DNA from: Lytechinus pictus
Taxonomy: Eukaryota
NCBI RefSeq assembly: GCF_037042905.1
Contig: NC_087260.1
Location: 19,592,001 to 19,656,000, forward strand
Direction: 5' to 3'
Length of the DNA: 64,000 bases
In this document: one piece after another, positions 1 to 12,910 of the stretch
How the letters are laid out: each line of letters starts with the position of its first letter
How positions within the stretch are numbered: the stretch's first letter is position 1
Notes under the pieces: generated by a model
What the model saw: only the letters and a program-made list of their open reading frames with translations
Databases searched by the model: none
Told to the model about the DNA's origin: nothing
Made by a program: the position numbers and the translations under genes

Positions 1-96
1 TAAGTGACATGTCAGTCTTTTGAACAGACGTCATCTGGAGTTAGTGATACTGCCTTGTCCGTCCCACACCTGTCCCTTCTCGAGGTACATACTCAC

Positions 97-294
97 CTTT
101 TCTACCAAATGTTCTGTGACGACGTCCCTCAGTCCCGTGTATAACCTTTCGCCGTGCTTATGGAGCACCATTGTGTACGCATTTCGGTAGAGCTCCTCAA
201 AGCTCAGGCCACTGTTGTTTTTTCTCTGTATTTCCTGGATGGCATTCTTGAGCAGGTTCCAGATGCTGGACACATACTTTTCATCCATGTTTGT
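97..294 (-). CDS. CUL3: Cullin-3, coding exon 2 (198 nt, phase 0/0); the gene continues beyond the left window edge
   Basis: Translates as [66 protein letters not shown], the cullin-3 N-terminal repeat. Flanked by a tttcAG acceptor (296-295) and an AAG|GTGAGT donor (96-95). Confidence 0.97.
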
Positions 295-2060
295 CTGAAA
301 ACAAAGGGAAGAAGTAAATGCATTATTCATTTGTACTTTACACTACGTCTACTATACACCCATTTAACGTATCCGTATCAGCCAACAGGGTACTTGTACA
401 TGTACTGTATGTACTGTATGTAGGCTCACATGCAATGACATCAACATTCCATTTCAATTACCCAAATCCAACATGTACATGTAGGCCTACATGTACAATT
501 TATACATGTACCAAGGATATTTTCCAAATATGTAAACCTTAGTTGGTCAACATAAATATTTAAAAAAATTAGTTCAAACTAAAGATGTGCATGTAACACA
601 CAAGTAAAACTACGGTAGAAAACACTACAAAGTGCATTACATGTAGTGAAGTTAGTGGAAATTATTAGTATTCTTAATTTTACCCGTACTACATTTGGAA
701 GTAAAATAAAGGGGGGGGGGTTGGGCTAGAACAACTCAATATCCATAACCTGGATCCTGTTTTTAACTACATGTATGTACATGTCTATGTATGTGTGTGT
801 ACTTGTAATCACCAAGAAAATGTAATTCGTTGAAAACTGTAGTTCTCATTAGATGAAAACAGAACTCTCTAAAGCTTTGTTGTACTTAGCTTTGCCATCC
901 TAGGAGTAAATCATGAAGCATCATCGCATTACTCATTTCAGGCATGATATTTCCCTTGAAAAAGAATCTGAAAAATAGCCAAGGGTGGCTAAGTCCCCGC
1001 CGGAGTCCGAGAAGCCCCTGTCGGGGTTACAAGCTCTTGCATAGTGAAATTGATAGTGATTTTTCAAGGTAAGTCTGCATGATAGCTTTATCATTTAACT
1101 TGAAAAAGCAGTAAAAAACTGCATGAGAATGTTCTTGGGCAAAGGATTTCACGTAAAAAAACTAAAAATCAAAAATTAGAAAATCTGAAAAAATATCATG
1201 CCTGTCTTTTTAATGACAAATTTGCTCTGAACCAATGAAATGCAAAGATTTCATTGAATGGCAACAATGTCATACAAACTGTTATGCAATACTGTAGGTC
1301 CTGGGACAGGTTGGGGTGTTAACTTGGTAAAAACACATATTTCTTTTTTTTTTTTTTGAACATTTGGTGAAACTGTACTTACATGTACATATACATGTAT
1401 TATCTACATGTATCAAATAACATGAACACATGTACATGTAGGAGAAGTGAGGGGGGGGGGAACGATGTCCAAACACCAGTTAAATCTATCAAAAAAACTG
1501 TCTATTTTTTCATATCTGGGTTTCCTTTAAAAAAAAAAGGAGTAGCAGAAATGACTGAAAGTTTATGCATCAATTGTCTCATATTACTTTCAAACAATTT
1601 AATGTCCAAACGCAAGTTAAATCTTCACGTCTCGCAAAAACTATTATCTTTTCTTTTTTTTATATCTAGGTTTTCTAGCAAAAAAAAAAGAGTAGCAGAA
1701 ATAATTGTTTCGTCTAATATTACTCCTGTCTTGATATTGCCGACTTGTCCAGATAAACGACCCGCCCGGGCCATATCGTAACCTTGTTCATAGAATGAGT
1801 GCGCCCGGGCACACAACTGGGTACATGTACCTGACGAGGTATATACCCAGTTGTTGTGTGTCCGGACAGGTTGTGTGTCCGGACGATCAATTTTAGAAAG
1901 TCATTTGGAAAAAATTACAAGCGAAGTGTCATCAATTTTTAGTACAAAATGTGAGGAAATATTATAGAGAACAAAATATAAGATGATTACAACTATTGAA
2001 TTCATATTTTTAGTGTAATCTTAAGACAAAAAAGAAGGCTTCAAAAATATAAAGTATCCG

Positions 2061-2094
2061 GAACAGGCGCTCTAACCGACTGAGCTACACTGCC
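2061..2094 (-). pseudogene. tRNA 5'-half fragment (tRNA-derived SINE head or tRNA relic) in CUL3 intron 1
   Basis: Minus strand reads GGCAGTGTAGCTCAGTCGGTTAGAGCGCCTGTTC, an acceptor-side strand plus D-arm/A-box. No T-arm follows. Confidence 0.6.
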
Positions 2095-2452
2095 TCCACT
2101 AAGTAAGACTCTAAGACTCTAGAAAATGGACAAACAATAATATAGAAATTGACGCAAAATATCAGCTGGGCATGAACGCTTTGTCTGTTTAGCCTTTGTC
2201 TAGTTGGTCAATTGTTGTCTAGACTGACTCGAGAGATCCTAGGCCATTTTTTTTCCATAAAAATTCCATGTTAAGTCCTAAAAGGCTAAAGTAATTGTTG
2301 TCTGTTGTTGAGTCCCGGCCCCCCCCCCCCCCTCAAACACAAATTATGTTTTTGCAATCCCAATAACACCTTAGTTCTTGACTTAATAAAAATAATAAAC
2401 ATTCTACGATAAACAATCTGTGTAACTTAGATATCTGAATTGCAGAACATAC

Positions 2453-2518
2453 TGGAAAGGCACGAATCCTCATTCGAGAGTCTTTCTTCGGCGGTGGTGC
2501 TTTCATCGAGTTACTCAT
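2453..2518 (-). CDS. CUL3: Cullin-3, coding exon 1 (66 nt)
   Basis: MSNSMKAPPPKKDSRMRIRAFP carries the conserved CUL3 N-terminal MRIRAFP. The ATG is in a good context (gccaacATG). The CCA|GTATGT donor is phase 0 and joins exon 2 in frame. Confidence 0.95.
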
Positions 2519-3325
2519 GTTGGCGACGTTGTTCTGGATAATTCAAAAATGACAGGAAAAAAAACACAAGACAAGTCAAGTGTCAAGTCAGTCTACTTGC
2601 AACAGTTTGAGGGCTCTTTTCTGTAGAATTTCCAGAGCCTATGAAAAATTATTCAGTGGAGTCATATTGGATCATGCCACTTCAATTGAGGCATCCGAGT
2701 ATATGAAATAATTGTTATATTTTGAGAGTTTGTCGAATCTGGTGCAACCATAACACGGGTGATTCACTGCATTGCGTTCACTGTGTTTACGGATGTAGGC
2801 GAGCTCGAAGACTTGTTCTTCATGGACTCCGCTATTGCTGCACCTTCGTTTTATGTGGATTCGCGAATTCTATTTTGGAACAGTGACTCAGCTGGGTAGT
2901 TTATTCTGAACTAGTTTCATCGAATCTCCGGACATCTATTTGAAATTTCATGATGGGTCACTGATAAAGTGTAGTCGAAGGCTCAGGATATCCTCCAAAA
3001 AGGTACTCACAGTACGCCAAAAGTGCAAAAATACGCACTTTTCTGACAATATTTATAGCATTCAACACATGAACGAAGCCTCAACACTTGACCCGATTTG
3101 TACACAGTTGGAGAACTACTTTCTTCCACCAAAATTCTTTGCCCCACATTTCTTTTCGAAAGATAATAGCAAGTAACTTTTCATATTTTCAACCAACTGT
3201 GATTGCTTTCTTTTGATTGTGTTATATTCTATCTCCAGATTCAGATTTGATTCAGAGAACTAACGATAAGCGAATGGATATTATTTTACAGTGAAGTGCA
3301 ATTCGCCTCTAGTATTCCACGGTTG

Positions 3326-3354
3326 TGACGTCATAGGTCATGACCATCCATTGG
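3326..3354 (-). promoter_or_regulatory. Candidate CUL3 promoter cluster: CRE (TGACGTCA), IR0 nuclear-receptor-like palindrome (AGGTCATGACCA), CCAAT box
   Basis: Motifs seen directly at 3326-3333, 3335-3346 and 3350-3354 (ATTGG), about 0.8 kb upstream of the CUL3 ATG. Function is inferred. Confidence 0.45.
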
Positions 3355-4181
3355 GCCTACTCTGCAAAATATGTTTTGCTGAATTATGACAAAACAAAAG
3401 AAAGAAGAAATGGAAAGGGGGGAAAAACAGAGATAAATTATTCAGGCAAATGGCAGTTCCAATGAATACCAACAAATAATCTGAAATATATATATATATC
3501 AGTTAACGATATGACGACAAAAATTCAAAGGCGAATTCATCTTAAACGTATTTAGGTGAAATATAATACTTCAAATGGTAGGTAATTCTCTGTAGCCTAC
3601 CTTCAATATATGTCATTGTTATAATTAAAAAGCACTGAAAACTGTAAATTGTTATGCTTATAGATATTTATAACTCTATAGAGAACTCTAAGATTCAGCT
3701 GTGCCTTACATTCTAATAATGATACAAAAATAGTGATTGGTTGTATTTTTTGTTGATTATTTAGATTTTTGTGCTTTATATATATGATAAACCGTGAATG
3801 TGATTATATATATAATTTTTTTACGTAAATCGTGGATTATGAGTAAAAACATTTTTAAAGTGATAATCCTTTCAAACACTCAAAGACGAAACTGAGTTAT
3901 ATTCAGATTTGAAAAAAAAATATTGAATAAAAAATGGCTAACACAAATTATGTGTCTACATAGTCACGCCAAGAAACTTTTTTTTTCCAAGCAATCATGT
4001 TAAACTCTGCATGGATATTGATTTTCAATAAATCTAATTTGCAAGTGTCACTCTGATGCAGCGGCTATTCACTTTTTCCATATACAAATATAATATTAAA
4101 TTTGCACACCAACATTCTCTAACAATAATTAAGGAAAAGAAAGAATTAGGAAAACAAACTCTACACATTTTAGCTGACAAG

Positions 4182-4778
4182 CAGGGGCGGCTATCCGGGG
4201 GGGGGCACAGTGCCCCCACACGTACTTTTTGAAGCCCTGAAAAAGTGCCCTTTTTTACGCAAGAAGAATGCCCCCTCACGAACGTTTGCATGTTCCCCTT
4301 TCACCTGAGGAGGACCCGTTTTAGGTGTTTGCCCTTTCTCGTATAAGTGCCAATTTTATTTCGCAAAATGCCCCCTCTCAAACGATTTATGTGCCCCTTT
4401 TACCTGAGAAGGACCCGATTTGTGATTGTGTCAGAAATTTGCAATTTCTCGAATCTTTGCCAATTTTTACCAAAATGCACCCACACGAACGTATTCTGTG
4501 CCCTTTTTACCTGAGAAGGACCCGTTTTAACGGTGTGAGCAAGTGCTCCCTGATATTGTTGGCTAGCAGCCCCCCCCCCATTTTACCCAAGAAAGGTGCC
4601 CCTCACGAATGTGTTGTGTGCCCCTTGAAGGACCCGTTTTATGTGTGAACAAGTGCCCCTTCCTTCTTCTTTGTGTCCTATTTCGTATTAGTCCCCCTTT
4701 TTACCCAAGCAAGAAAGTGCCCCACACGAACGTGTTCTGTGCCCCTTTCACCTGCATGAGAAGGACCCATTATAACGG
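4182..4778. mobile_element. G-tract-containing non-autonomous DNA element (CAGGGGCGG terminus) with about five internal ~120-bp subrepeats
   Basis: Starts CAGGGGCGGCTATCCG(n). A unit like TGCCCCYCACGAAC...TGYGCCCCTTTyACCTGAGAAGGACCCG recurs about five times. The right terminus was not found. Confidence 0.55.
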
Positions 4779-4783
4779 GCTCG

Positions 4784-4905
4784 GTGTAAAAATGACACTG
4801 AGGTAAAAATGGCAGAGGTAAAAATGGCAGAGGTGGTGGCAGAGATAAAAATGGCAGAGGTAATAATGGCAGAGGTAAAATGGCAGAGGTAAAAATGGCA
4901 GAGGT
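4784..4905 (+). repeat. 15-bp minisatellite (AGGTAAAAATGGCAG)n
   Basis: Direct tandem units are visible. Confidence 0.9.
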
Positions 4906-5155
4906 CATATTGGAATAGGCCTAGGTAAAATCGTCTTAAACCCCCATGCAAAAAATGAATAAATAATGAAAAATAATAGAAAGGGTCACATCTTTAAAAT
5001 CATCTAGATAGATCGTCTGCACCAAATTGATAATCTTTTGGTTGGAATATCTTATTTTTTCTGGACTCTCATGGACGGCCTTCTCATGTCAAATCGCTGT
5101 ACTAATATTCAAATTTGAGGCACACTCTAGATCGCAATTGTATTTAATTCATTAA

Positions 5156-5610
5156 AGGGGAAGTCCAACCTCACATAAAATTCATTGTAGAATAGCAGAA
5201 AATAGTAAAATGATATTGGTGAGGGTTTTAGGAAATCCATCAAAGATTAAAAAGCTATACTTTTATACTTTTATGATAACGTCATTTGCGAGCAGTTTTC
5301 CCATATTTGGTGTATAAAAAAATCAATGAAATGTAATTTTCTAGAAAAAAAATCAAAATGGTTTTTATTGTTTCTTCAGTAGGCCTATATATCAAGAGAC
5401 AAATCATTTCACTTACGCTCCTGAAATATTTTTTAAAAACAATTACGAACCATTTTGTAGTGCGTAAAATGTCATGGGACAGTTTCCCATATATGACGTC
5501 ACAGACTAAAACTTAAACTTCTAATAACTTTCTTGATCTTTGATGGATTTTTCCTCAAGCCTTCACCAATTTTCTGCTATTTTTATTGTTCATTAGGGCA
5601 AACTACCTCT
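5156..5610. mobile_element. Degenerate MITE with TTAA|AGGG left end (Kolobok-like)
   Basis: TTAAAGGGGAAGT left end. Imperfect long inverted arms: ATTGGTGAGGGTTT...AAATCCATCAAAGAT versus ATCTTTGATGGATTT...AAGCCTTCACCAAT. Confidence 0.6.
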
Positions 5611-5828
5611 TCAAACAGCCCCCAGAGAATGGTACCTATATATAAGAAACACCCATAAATTTAAATCCCTAATTGGCTACACATTTCAAAATTCATGAGG
5701 TAACAGTGACCATAATACACTAGTTTGGGAACCTGACATCCACTTGGACTATAGCTGCAATGAGGTATTGCTCTAAAGACTGAACAATAATTGTAACATT
5801 TACATTTAATTATACGTATCACATTAAT

Positions 5829-6057
5829 CAGGGGCAGATCCAGGATTTTCCAAGGGGGGCACATTATTTTTCCTGAAAAATGACACGCAAAAACAGTTTT
5901 CCACCTACAACTTAAGGTAATTCGTCCACAAAAATAATAAGCAAGCAAAAAAAGTCCTCGCTTTAAAAGGGGGACACATTTGAGTTAGAACCGCACATTT
6001 GCTAAGATTTTAATTGTACCTCTCAAGGGGGGCACGGGCCGGCTGTGCCCCCTGGAT
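5829..6057. mobile_element. hAT-like G-tract MITE (CAGGGGCAGATCCAG... ...CTGGAT)
   Basis: Terminal motif is related to the element at 12676-12910, in opposite orientation. The right end abuts a LINE tail. Confidence 0.55.
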
Positions 6058-7056
6058 TTATTTATTCATTTTATTTATTGATATATTCATATTCCACAAG
6101 TCATCAAAGTATCTTTCGTAATAAATCATTTTTACAATGAAAAGATGCATCAACTGCATAACACATACAGGATTGAAACGTATACCAATGAAATGAAAAA
6201 AAGTGGAGGGGCATACTAAAAAAGCAAAGCTTGTAAAATGTAGACCCCCTATCAAAATTGTATACAAGGGTAATATGATATAAGTATATAGTAAAAATAA
6301 TCAGCAAAATTCTATAAATTTACATAGATAGAAACACTGTAACACAAATGTTTATACACTATATACAAAATTAAATATTGACTTTAAAATAATCAACACT
6401 ACCGTGCATGGATAAGCATGAAGTTCACAAAATATTTGATTAAATCAATAAGAATTCAGAAGAAATTTTTTTATGAGTAATTTAAATCGGTTCAGATTAG
6501 CTGCCTCTTTTATTACTCTGTCCAGAGAATTCCAGAGTTTTGGTCCTGTGAAAAATAGTTTTGCTAGAAAATACTGTTCTACTTTTAGGTATAAGTGATA
6601 GTCATTTGACTGTCTCGTATTATGAATGCAAAGTATTGTTTCTCATAAATTTCTTTTGTAGGCCATTAGGTACACTATTTCTATTTAGCTGATACATGAA
6701 TTGGAATAGTTGTAAGCGGTACAGGTCACTGACTGTAAGGATACGTTTCTGACGAAACAATTCATCCGTATGAGCTCTAAAGGACATATTGCATATTATT
6801 CTCAGTACTTTTTCTGAAGTAGCAAGACTTTATTGAGTCTCGTTTGAGAGGCATTACCCCATGCCAGAATCCCATAATTAAGATATGGTAAAAATTATTG
6901 CACAATATAACATGAATAGCGCCTGTGCTGGAAGAACGTTTTTAAGCTTATTGATGACTCCAATATTTCTTGCCACAGTTTTGCAAATATTGTTGATATG
7001 AGCATTCAACGTAAGCTTGTTATCAATAGTAAGACCTAAAAATTTTGTTGTTTGGA
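6058..7056 (-). mobile_element. 5'-truncated CR1/L2-type LINE: C-terminal part of ORF2 (frameshifted) plus 3' UTR and A-rich microsatellite tail
   Basis: Minus translation TTKFLGLTIDNKLTLNAHINNICKTVARNIGVINKLK, then a frameshift, then PYLNYGILAWGNASQTRLNKVLLLQKKVLRII and later GPKLWNSL. These are typical CR1/L2 post-RT motifs. Confidence 0.9.
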
Positions 7057-7485
7057 TCCGCCAGTGACATCAATATCTATTCATCATGATCCATCATGAT
7101 GTGGAAATAAAGAAAATTACTTTTATTACAGAATGTTCAATTATTTTTTGTTATCCAGCTTAAATTATGAAAGTAGTTTGAAGTAGACCCGAACTTGTTT
7201 GTTTCAGAGGGTTAATGGCTGCACACATTGATGTTTACATTAAAAAAAAATCGTTGGGTTTGCATGTGAAGCGATGTTCTGCTTATAACTTAAGATCCTT
7301 TCATCAGTCACTAATTGAAATCATTTTGGCAAGAAAATGCTTGAGTTTAGTCATATAAATGACAAAGTATAGACTTAAAATGACGAAAAACAACATAATA
7401 TTTAATCAGTTCTTATAGCCCATTTCGTCGACAAGAGTCCGGTCAAGGATGATAATTATTATGACGTAGCCTATCTTTATCATCT

Positions 7486-7557
7486 TTACCTCCGCCATTT
7501 TTACCTCTGCCATTATTACCTCTGCCATTTTTACCTCTGCCATTTTTACCTCTGCCG
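7486..7557 (-). repeat. Second array of the 15-bp AGGTAAAAATGGCAG minisatellite, opposite orientation
   Basis: (TTTTACCTCTGCCAT)n is the reverse complement of 4784-4905. Confidence 0.88.
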
Positions 7558-9636
7558 TTAATCTACCAATAATCCTTGCTTCATGAGTCATGTGAGTGGG
7601 GTAGATAAGCGAACATATGGGGGGGGGGGATCTTGCCACCTCAACAAATTTCTCACGACGAAAAAAAAAGAGAAAAGGAAAGAGAGACGGGTGAAATATG
7701 ATATTATTTTCTGAATTTTAATTGTCAAAATCTATCATAAAATTTGATTTNNNNNNNNNNNNNNNNNNNNNNNNNNNNNNNNNNNNNNNNNNNNNNNNNN
7801 NNNNNNNNNNNNNNNNNNNNNNNNNNNNNNNNNNNNNNNNNNNNNNNNNNNNNNNNNNNNNNNNNNNNNNNNNNNNNNTGCTCAGTCATCTATTCTCCTT
7901 TTTTTTTACTTCCTTATATAACAATTATTTAATTGCTATTTTTATCTCCTAAATAAATATATATTAATCTTGAAATTAATTTTCTGTAATCCTCTTTTAT
8001 TTTCCTAGATTATTATATTGCATGATATTATGTCTATATTCAATGTAGCCTATAGTTAATTTGACATACTTTACTTTAAATAATGATATGCATTTCAAAT
8101 AACTTATTTTTCATAATGACAGACATGACCGAAGCTACACTACAAAGTAATTTTTGTTGTAGTTTCTTGTTTTATGGTTTTTTTTTCTACTACGTAGTAA
8201 TTTTGAAACTTAATCGAAAGTTATAATTCTTTGTCTTGAATTTACATGTGCTCAAATTTATTGTATTCTAATTTGTTGTTCATTGTGTTGTCGGTCACTC
8301 TGTTTTATTAATCTTTGAATCATGTATGTTTTTATTGTCAAAATGTAAGATTTATGTTTTTGTTCGTTTGTACTGCCCCTTTGTAAAACAGGCTAGCAGG
8401 TGAATAGGGCTTTTACCGTGAATAAATAAATGAATCAAATCAAAGCAATATCTTGCTAAATAAATGATGCGAGCGCGAAGCGCCAGCTGGAAACGTTTGC
8501 TATCCAATATGAAAACGGGACATGTATTCACGTTTTCAACGTTTTTAATAAAGAACGAATTGTCTATTACAGAGATCAAATTAATACGAGCGCGAAGCAC
8601 GAAACTGAAATTTTTGATCCACACGGAATCGTCGCCATTATAAGAAGTACTTGTTATGCACACATCAGATGCGTGTTCTTCGCTAATGGGGCAAATTCTT
8701 ACTCTTTTTGAAGTCCAAGTTAAAGAAATCAACTCTTAAAACCTAAAATCTGGACCAGCGCCACCTCTTGTTTAGTAAAATGGAAAAAAAGGTGGCGCAT
8801 ACTTTTCTCGCAGGAAATTTTGAAGTGCCCTGACAAGAATGACGAGATGTTTTTTTTCCTCATTTGTCTGCCGTTTTGTTTTTAATATATTTTCAATTAC
8901 ACATGTTTGTTTTTATTGTAGGCCTGCATGTTTGTTGTTTTTTTGTGGGGGAAGAGGGGGGGGGGTCGAAATCCATAAAAATAACAGGTTGTCTCGACGT
9001 AGATAGACTATTCATGAAAATAATGAAAAACAAACCAGGAAATGGCCAAGTTGTCTTTTAAAACATTTTAAAGTGTCGGAAATGTAATCAAATTAATCTT
9101 CCTTTAGTGGTTAAATATCAGAAATCCCATGGCAACAAATTCGGGCTGTATCGAATTTCAATTTCAGTGTTGAAAATCATTAGAACATGTAAAATTTCAA
9201 TCGGTAAATCCCATGTAGGGCCTACAATTATGAGAACAATATAGATCATTCTTTAAACCCTTTATCTCTCTTATTATTATGCTTTGCGTAATCTTTCATT
9301 TTCTTTTTGTGTATTTGGAATTATATTGAATGATCCCTGGGCCCTCTTTTTACAGGGGGTGCTGATGTGAATTTGAACAGCAAAAAAAAAGGGGGTTTCA
9401 ACGCAAATTCAAGGTAATTTTGGTCCCGAGGAATTGGACAAGCAAAAAAAAGGGGGAGGGGGGTTCACAACAAAATGTAGGTAATTTCCGGTACATTTTT
9501 CAATTTCGCCACATCTACCAGAATTCCAGGGGGTGCTGCCTATAGAAAATAACACCAAACCCGCTTCCCCGTAGGGCCATGAATGATCAGTGAGTATTCA
9601 GCGATCATTAACCTCTCTCGTTTTCTCCCCTTTCTA

Positions 9637-9918
9637 CACTGTTAAAAACAAACCTGATTTTACAGAAAAAAGAAGATTTTGCAGAAAGCAATAACAGAAT
9701 CATTCTGTAAATTCAGAAAACAGGATTTTTTTCCTGCAATTTAACAGAACAGGTCTGTTTAAAAAGGGGAAAATGGTGTTTTATTTAAGGAAATTTGTAA
9801 GATTCCATACACCAAATACCAATTTCCTGTAAGATTACGCATCTGGTAAGATTACAGGTGTTCTCGAGACTCTGCTGCAGGAACTTCTTTTTATTTTAAG
9901 GATAAATTTCTAACAGTG
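9637..9918. mobile_element. CACT-terminal MITE, TA target duplication
   Basis: TA|CACTGTTAAAAA ... TTTCTAACAGTG|TA. Confidence 0.85.
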
Positions 9919-10127
9919 TATATTTTATTAAAAGGAGGAAATACAGAAAAAAATCAACTGATTGGAGGACCCCCCTCCCCCATTTGAAGGTGAATTCAAT
10001 GCATAAAACTTGAATTTATAAATCACACAGGGTACAAATTTTAAACAGTATTTTTTTTTATCTCTTCGAAAATAACAATGTCATATTTTCTTAATCCTCC
10101 TCTTGTCTAAACCCCCTCCTAAACGTA

Positions 10128-10296
10128 AATAGTGAACAGTAAACCTTGTGGATTCAAATATAAATTTAAAAAATTTGAATTCAAATCTTTTTGAGATTTA
10201 AAAGTTAATCCTTAAGATTTAAGATAAATTCAAAGTTCGGCTGGTCACTATTCACAGCCGATCTGGATTTATTTTAAATCCTTGGAATTTAGAGTG
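10128..10296. mobile_element. Left-truncated copy of the 13774-14004 MITE, inserted in a ~58-bp minisatellite
   Basis: Close match to 13818-14004, ending GGAATTTAGAGTG|TA. Confidence 0.85.
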
Positions 10297-12675
10297 TACT
10301 CTATATCGAGTATTAATAACCCTCCTCTTGCTGACTTACCCCTCCTCAAACGTACCCTATATCGAGTAAAATAATCCTTCTCTTTCTTCCCCCTCCTCAA
10401 ACTTACCATCCTCCCTACAGCTTTGTCCCCATCTTCGCCATTCATCCCCTTTTTTTCAGGAAGTGATTCGACCCTTTCAGGAAGCGGATAGTAAGATGAA
10501 CTATTTGGAAAGACATTCTGGCACTATGGAGATGATTCACGCTTCTAACCCCCCCCCCCCCCGCTCAGTATACCCCTTCTCTGTTCCCCCAATTCACAAT
10601 TAAATTGACTTTCATCTTCCTGGGTTTGAAAGTTACTGCATTCGTGACACAATAGCTCCATAGTGAAACGATGCTTTACCATTATTGATCTCAAGGTGTA
10701 TATAATATTGTATTACTGTAGCCATTCTGTCCAGTTTTTTTTTATTAACTTCCTTTGATACCACCACATTTTAAGAATATGTCTTATTTGTAGATTTTTG
10801 GGGAGTTAATCGCTCTACAGAAATTAATTTCGGGATGGACCAATCTGAAGTGTAATATTTACACCTCTGCATTTCCTTTAATTAAGACACTCATTTTCCT
10901 GCGGAACAAAAATTATACATGACAAGTAACAAGACAAATAATGTATTCATACGGCCATATAATTTGCAAAGGAGTAAAAAATGACAAATCAGCGAAATAT
11001 TACTTATTCATTGATTTATCGTTCAATTTAAAAACGAGCAATTTTATTTTTATAGTTTTGTAAATATTGTGATGATGAAAACTGATTGAAATGGTAAAAC
11101 ATCTTACAGATTTGACAATAAAAAATATTTTGTTGTGGCGAAATGACAAAACTTTANNNNNNNNNNNNNNNNNNNNNNNNNNNNNNNNNNNNNNNNNNNN
11201 NNNNNNNNNNNNNNNNNNNNNNNNNNNNNNNNNNNNNNNNNNNNNNNNNNNNNNNNNNNNNNNNNNNNNNNNNNNNNNNNNNNNNNNNNNNNNNNNNNNN
11301 NNNNNNNNNNNNNNNNNNNNNNNNNNNNNNNNNNNNNNNNNNNNNNNNNNNNNNNNNNNNNNNNNNNNNNNNNNNNNNNNNNNNNNNNNNNNNNNNNNNN
11401 NNNNNNNNNNNNNNNNNNNNNNNNNNNNNNNNNNNNNNNNNNNNNNNNNNNNNNNNNNNNNNNNNNNNNNNNNNNNNNNNNNNNNNNNNNNNNNNNNNNN
11501 NNNNNNNNNNNNNNNNNNNNNNNNNNNNNNNNNNNNNNNNNNNNNNNNNNNNNNNNNNNNNNNNNNNNNNNNNNNTCATTATTCTTATTATTATTTTTAT
11601 TATTATTATTATGATGATTATTTTCATCATTATTAGTGTTGTTGTTGTCGCTATTATTCATATCATTATCATTAATGTTTTTTTTTTTTTGGGGGGGGGG
11701 GGTGAGAAATGCCCCCTCCCTTTGCCAAATGGACGGATATTATACACGAAATCAACCTACAAAATAACGTAGTTTGTCTGGCGTATATGATGTGGTTATA
11801 CTCTGTAGGATTATTAGATTTAGAATGTGGTTTTTGGTGGAGAGCTAGCCCGTCATACATAACAGATTCTAGATATGCCGGAGGAAATATGTTTTGGGAG
11901 CAGTTGGTGAGTGATGTTATGTACCCCTTACCAAGTGACTCCCTGCATGTGGGGCGGCGGTAGATGGGGGCAGCGCCAGCAGGGGTATGACACCCCTCAG
12001 ATTTATTACTAAATAATAATAATAAGACCTTTGGCAAAATGGAGAAAACAGAAGAAAGGAGAAAAAGATGTTAAAATAGTTTCATGAGTCGTGTTACTCT
12101 GTATTCAATCAAGAAAAGAGCCTCCTTATTAAAATACCATGGGGCCCTTTGCTTTCATACCCCGAACTATAGTATCGCACGCACATCACCCTTTTTATTC
12201 ACACTCCCAAAATATCACAGCCAAACTTCAATATATTAGCGTATCAAAGGGAAGCTCTGAGCATCTGAGTTCTAGGAACTTGTAATAGTATATTGATTTT
12301 TTGGGGGGTTATATTCTTTTCCCTTTTCAATGTTAATACCCCCCCCCCCCCCAACAAAACAATGAAGGGGGTTCACATTGTAAACGTATCCTCTCCAAGA
12401 TTTTAGCGCCCGATTTTTCCAACTTTTGCCTCTTTTGTGTTTGGCGCCCCTAAGAGTGGCACTTGCTTCTGCATGACCCTCTATAGATACATCAAGGTAA
12501 ACATACCCTCTTGTCAGAAAAAAAAATAACTTGAATAATGTCTTGATTTATCGTCCTATAATTCTCTGTAAATACCTTACTACCATGACTACATCTTCTT
12601 GAAAATTGCTTTGCAAATAATTTTGATTGCAAATTCGAATGTAATTGATAAAAAATCTTTACATCGGGAATCCCC

Positions 12676-12910
12676 TAGTGAAGGATCCAGGTAGGGGCAC
12701 ATCTGGCCCACCCCCCCCCCCCTTCGAGAGCCACAAAAATATTATGTCATGCATATACGCAAGTGAGGACCCCCTTTTTTCTGCTTGTTAAATTTTTCCT
12801 GGAACAAAATGACCTCGATTCGGTATTGAAGACCTTGGGGGGGGGGGGGGGCTTGTCAAATTTTTCCTGTACAAAATGCCCCCCTTTCGAAAATTCCTGA
12901 ATCCGCCCCT
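12676..12910. mobile_element. hAT-like G/C-tract MITE (GGATCCAG ... CTGAATCCGCCCCT)
   Basis: Imperfect TIRs; same family as 5829-6057. Confidence 0.55.

Noticed and set aside
4678-4951. Repetitive peptides (TSAIF, MAEVK; also 7406-7639)
   Set aside because: They are translations of a 15-bp minisatellite.
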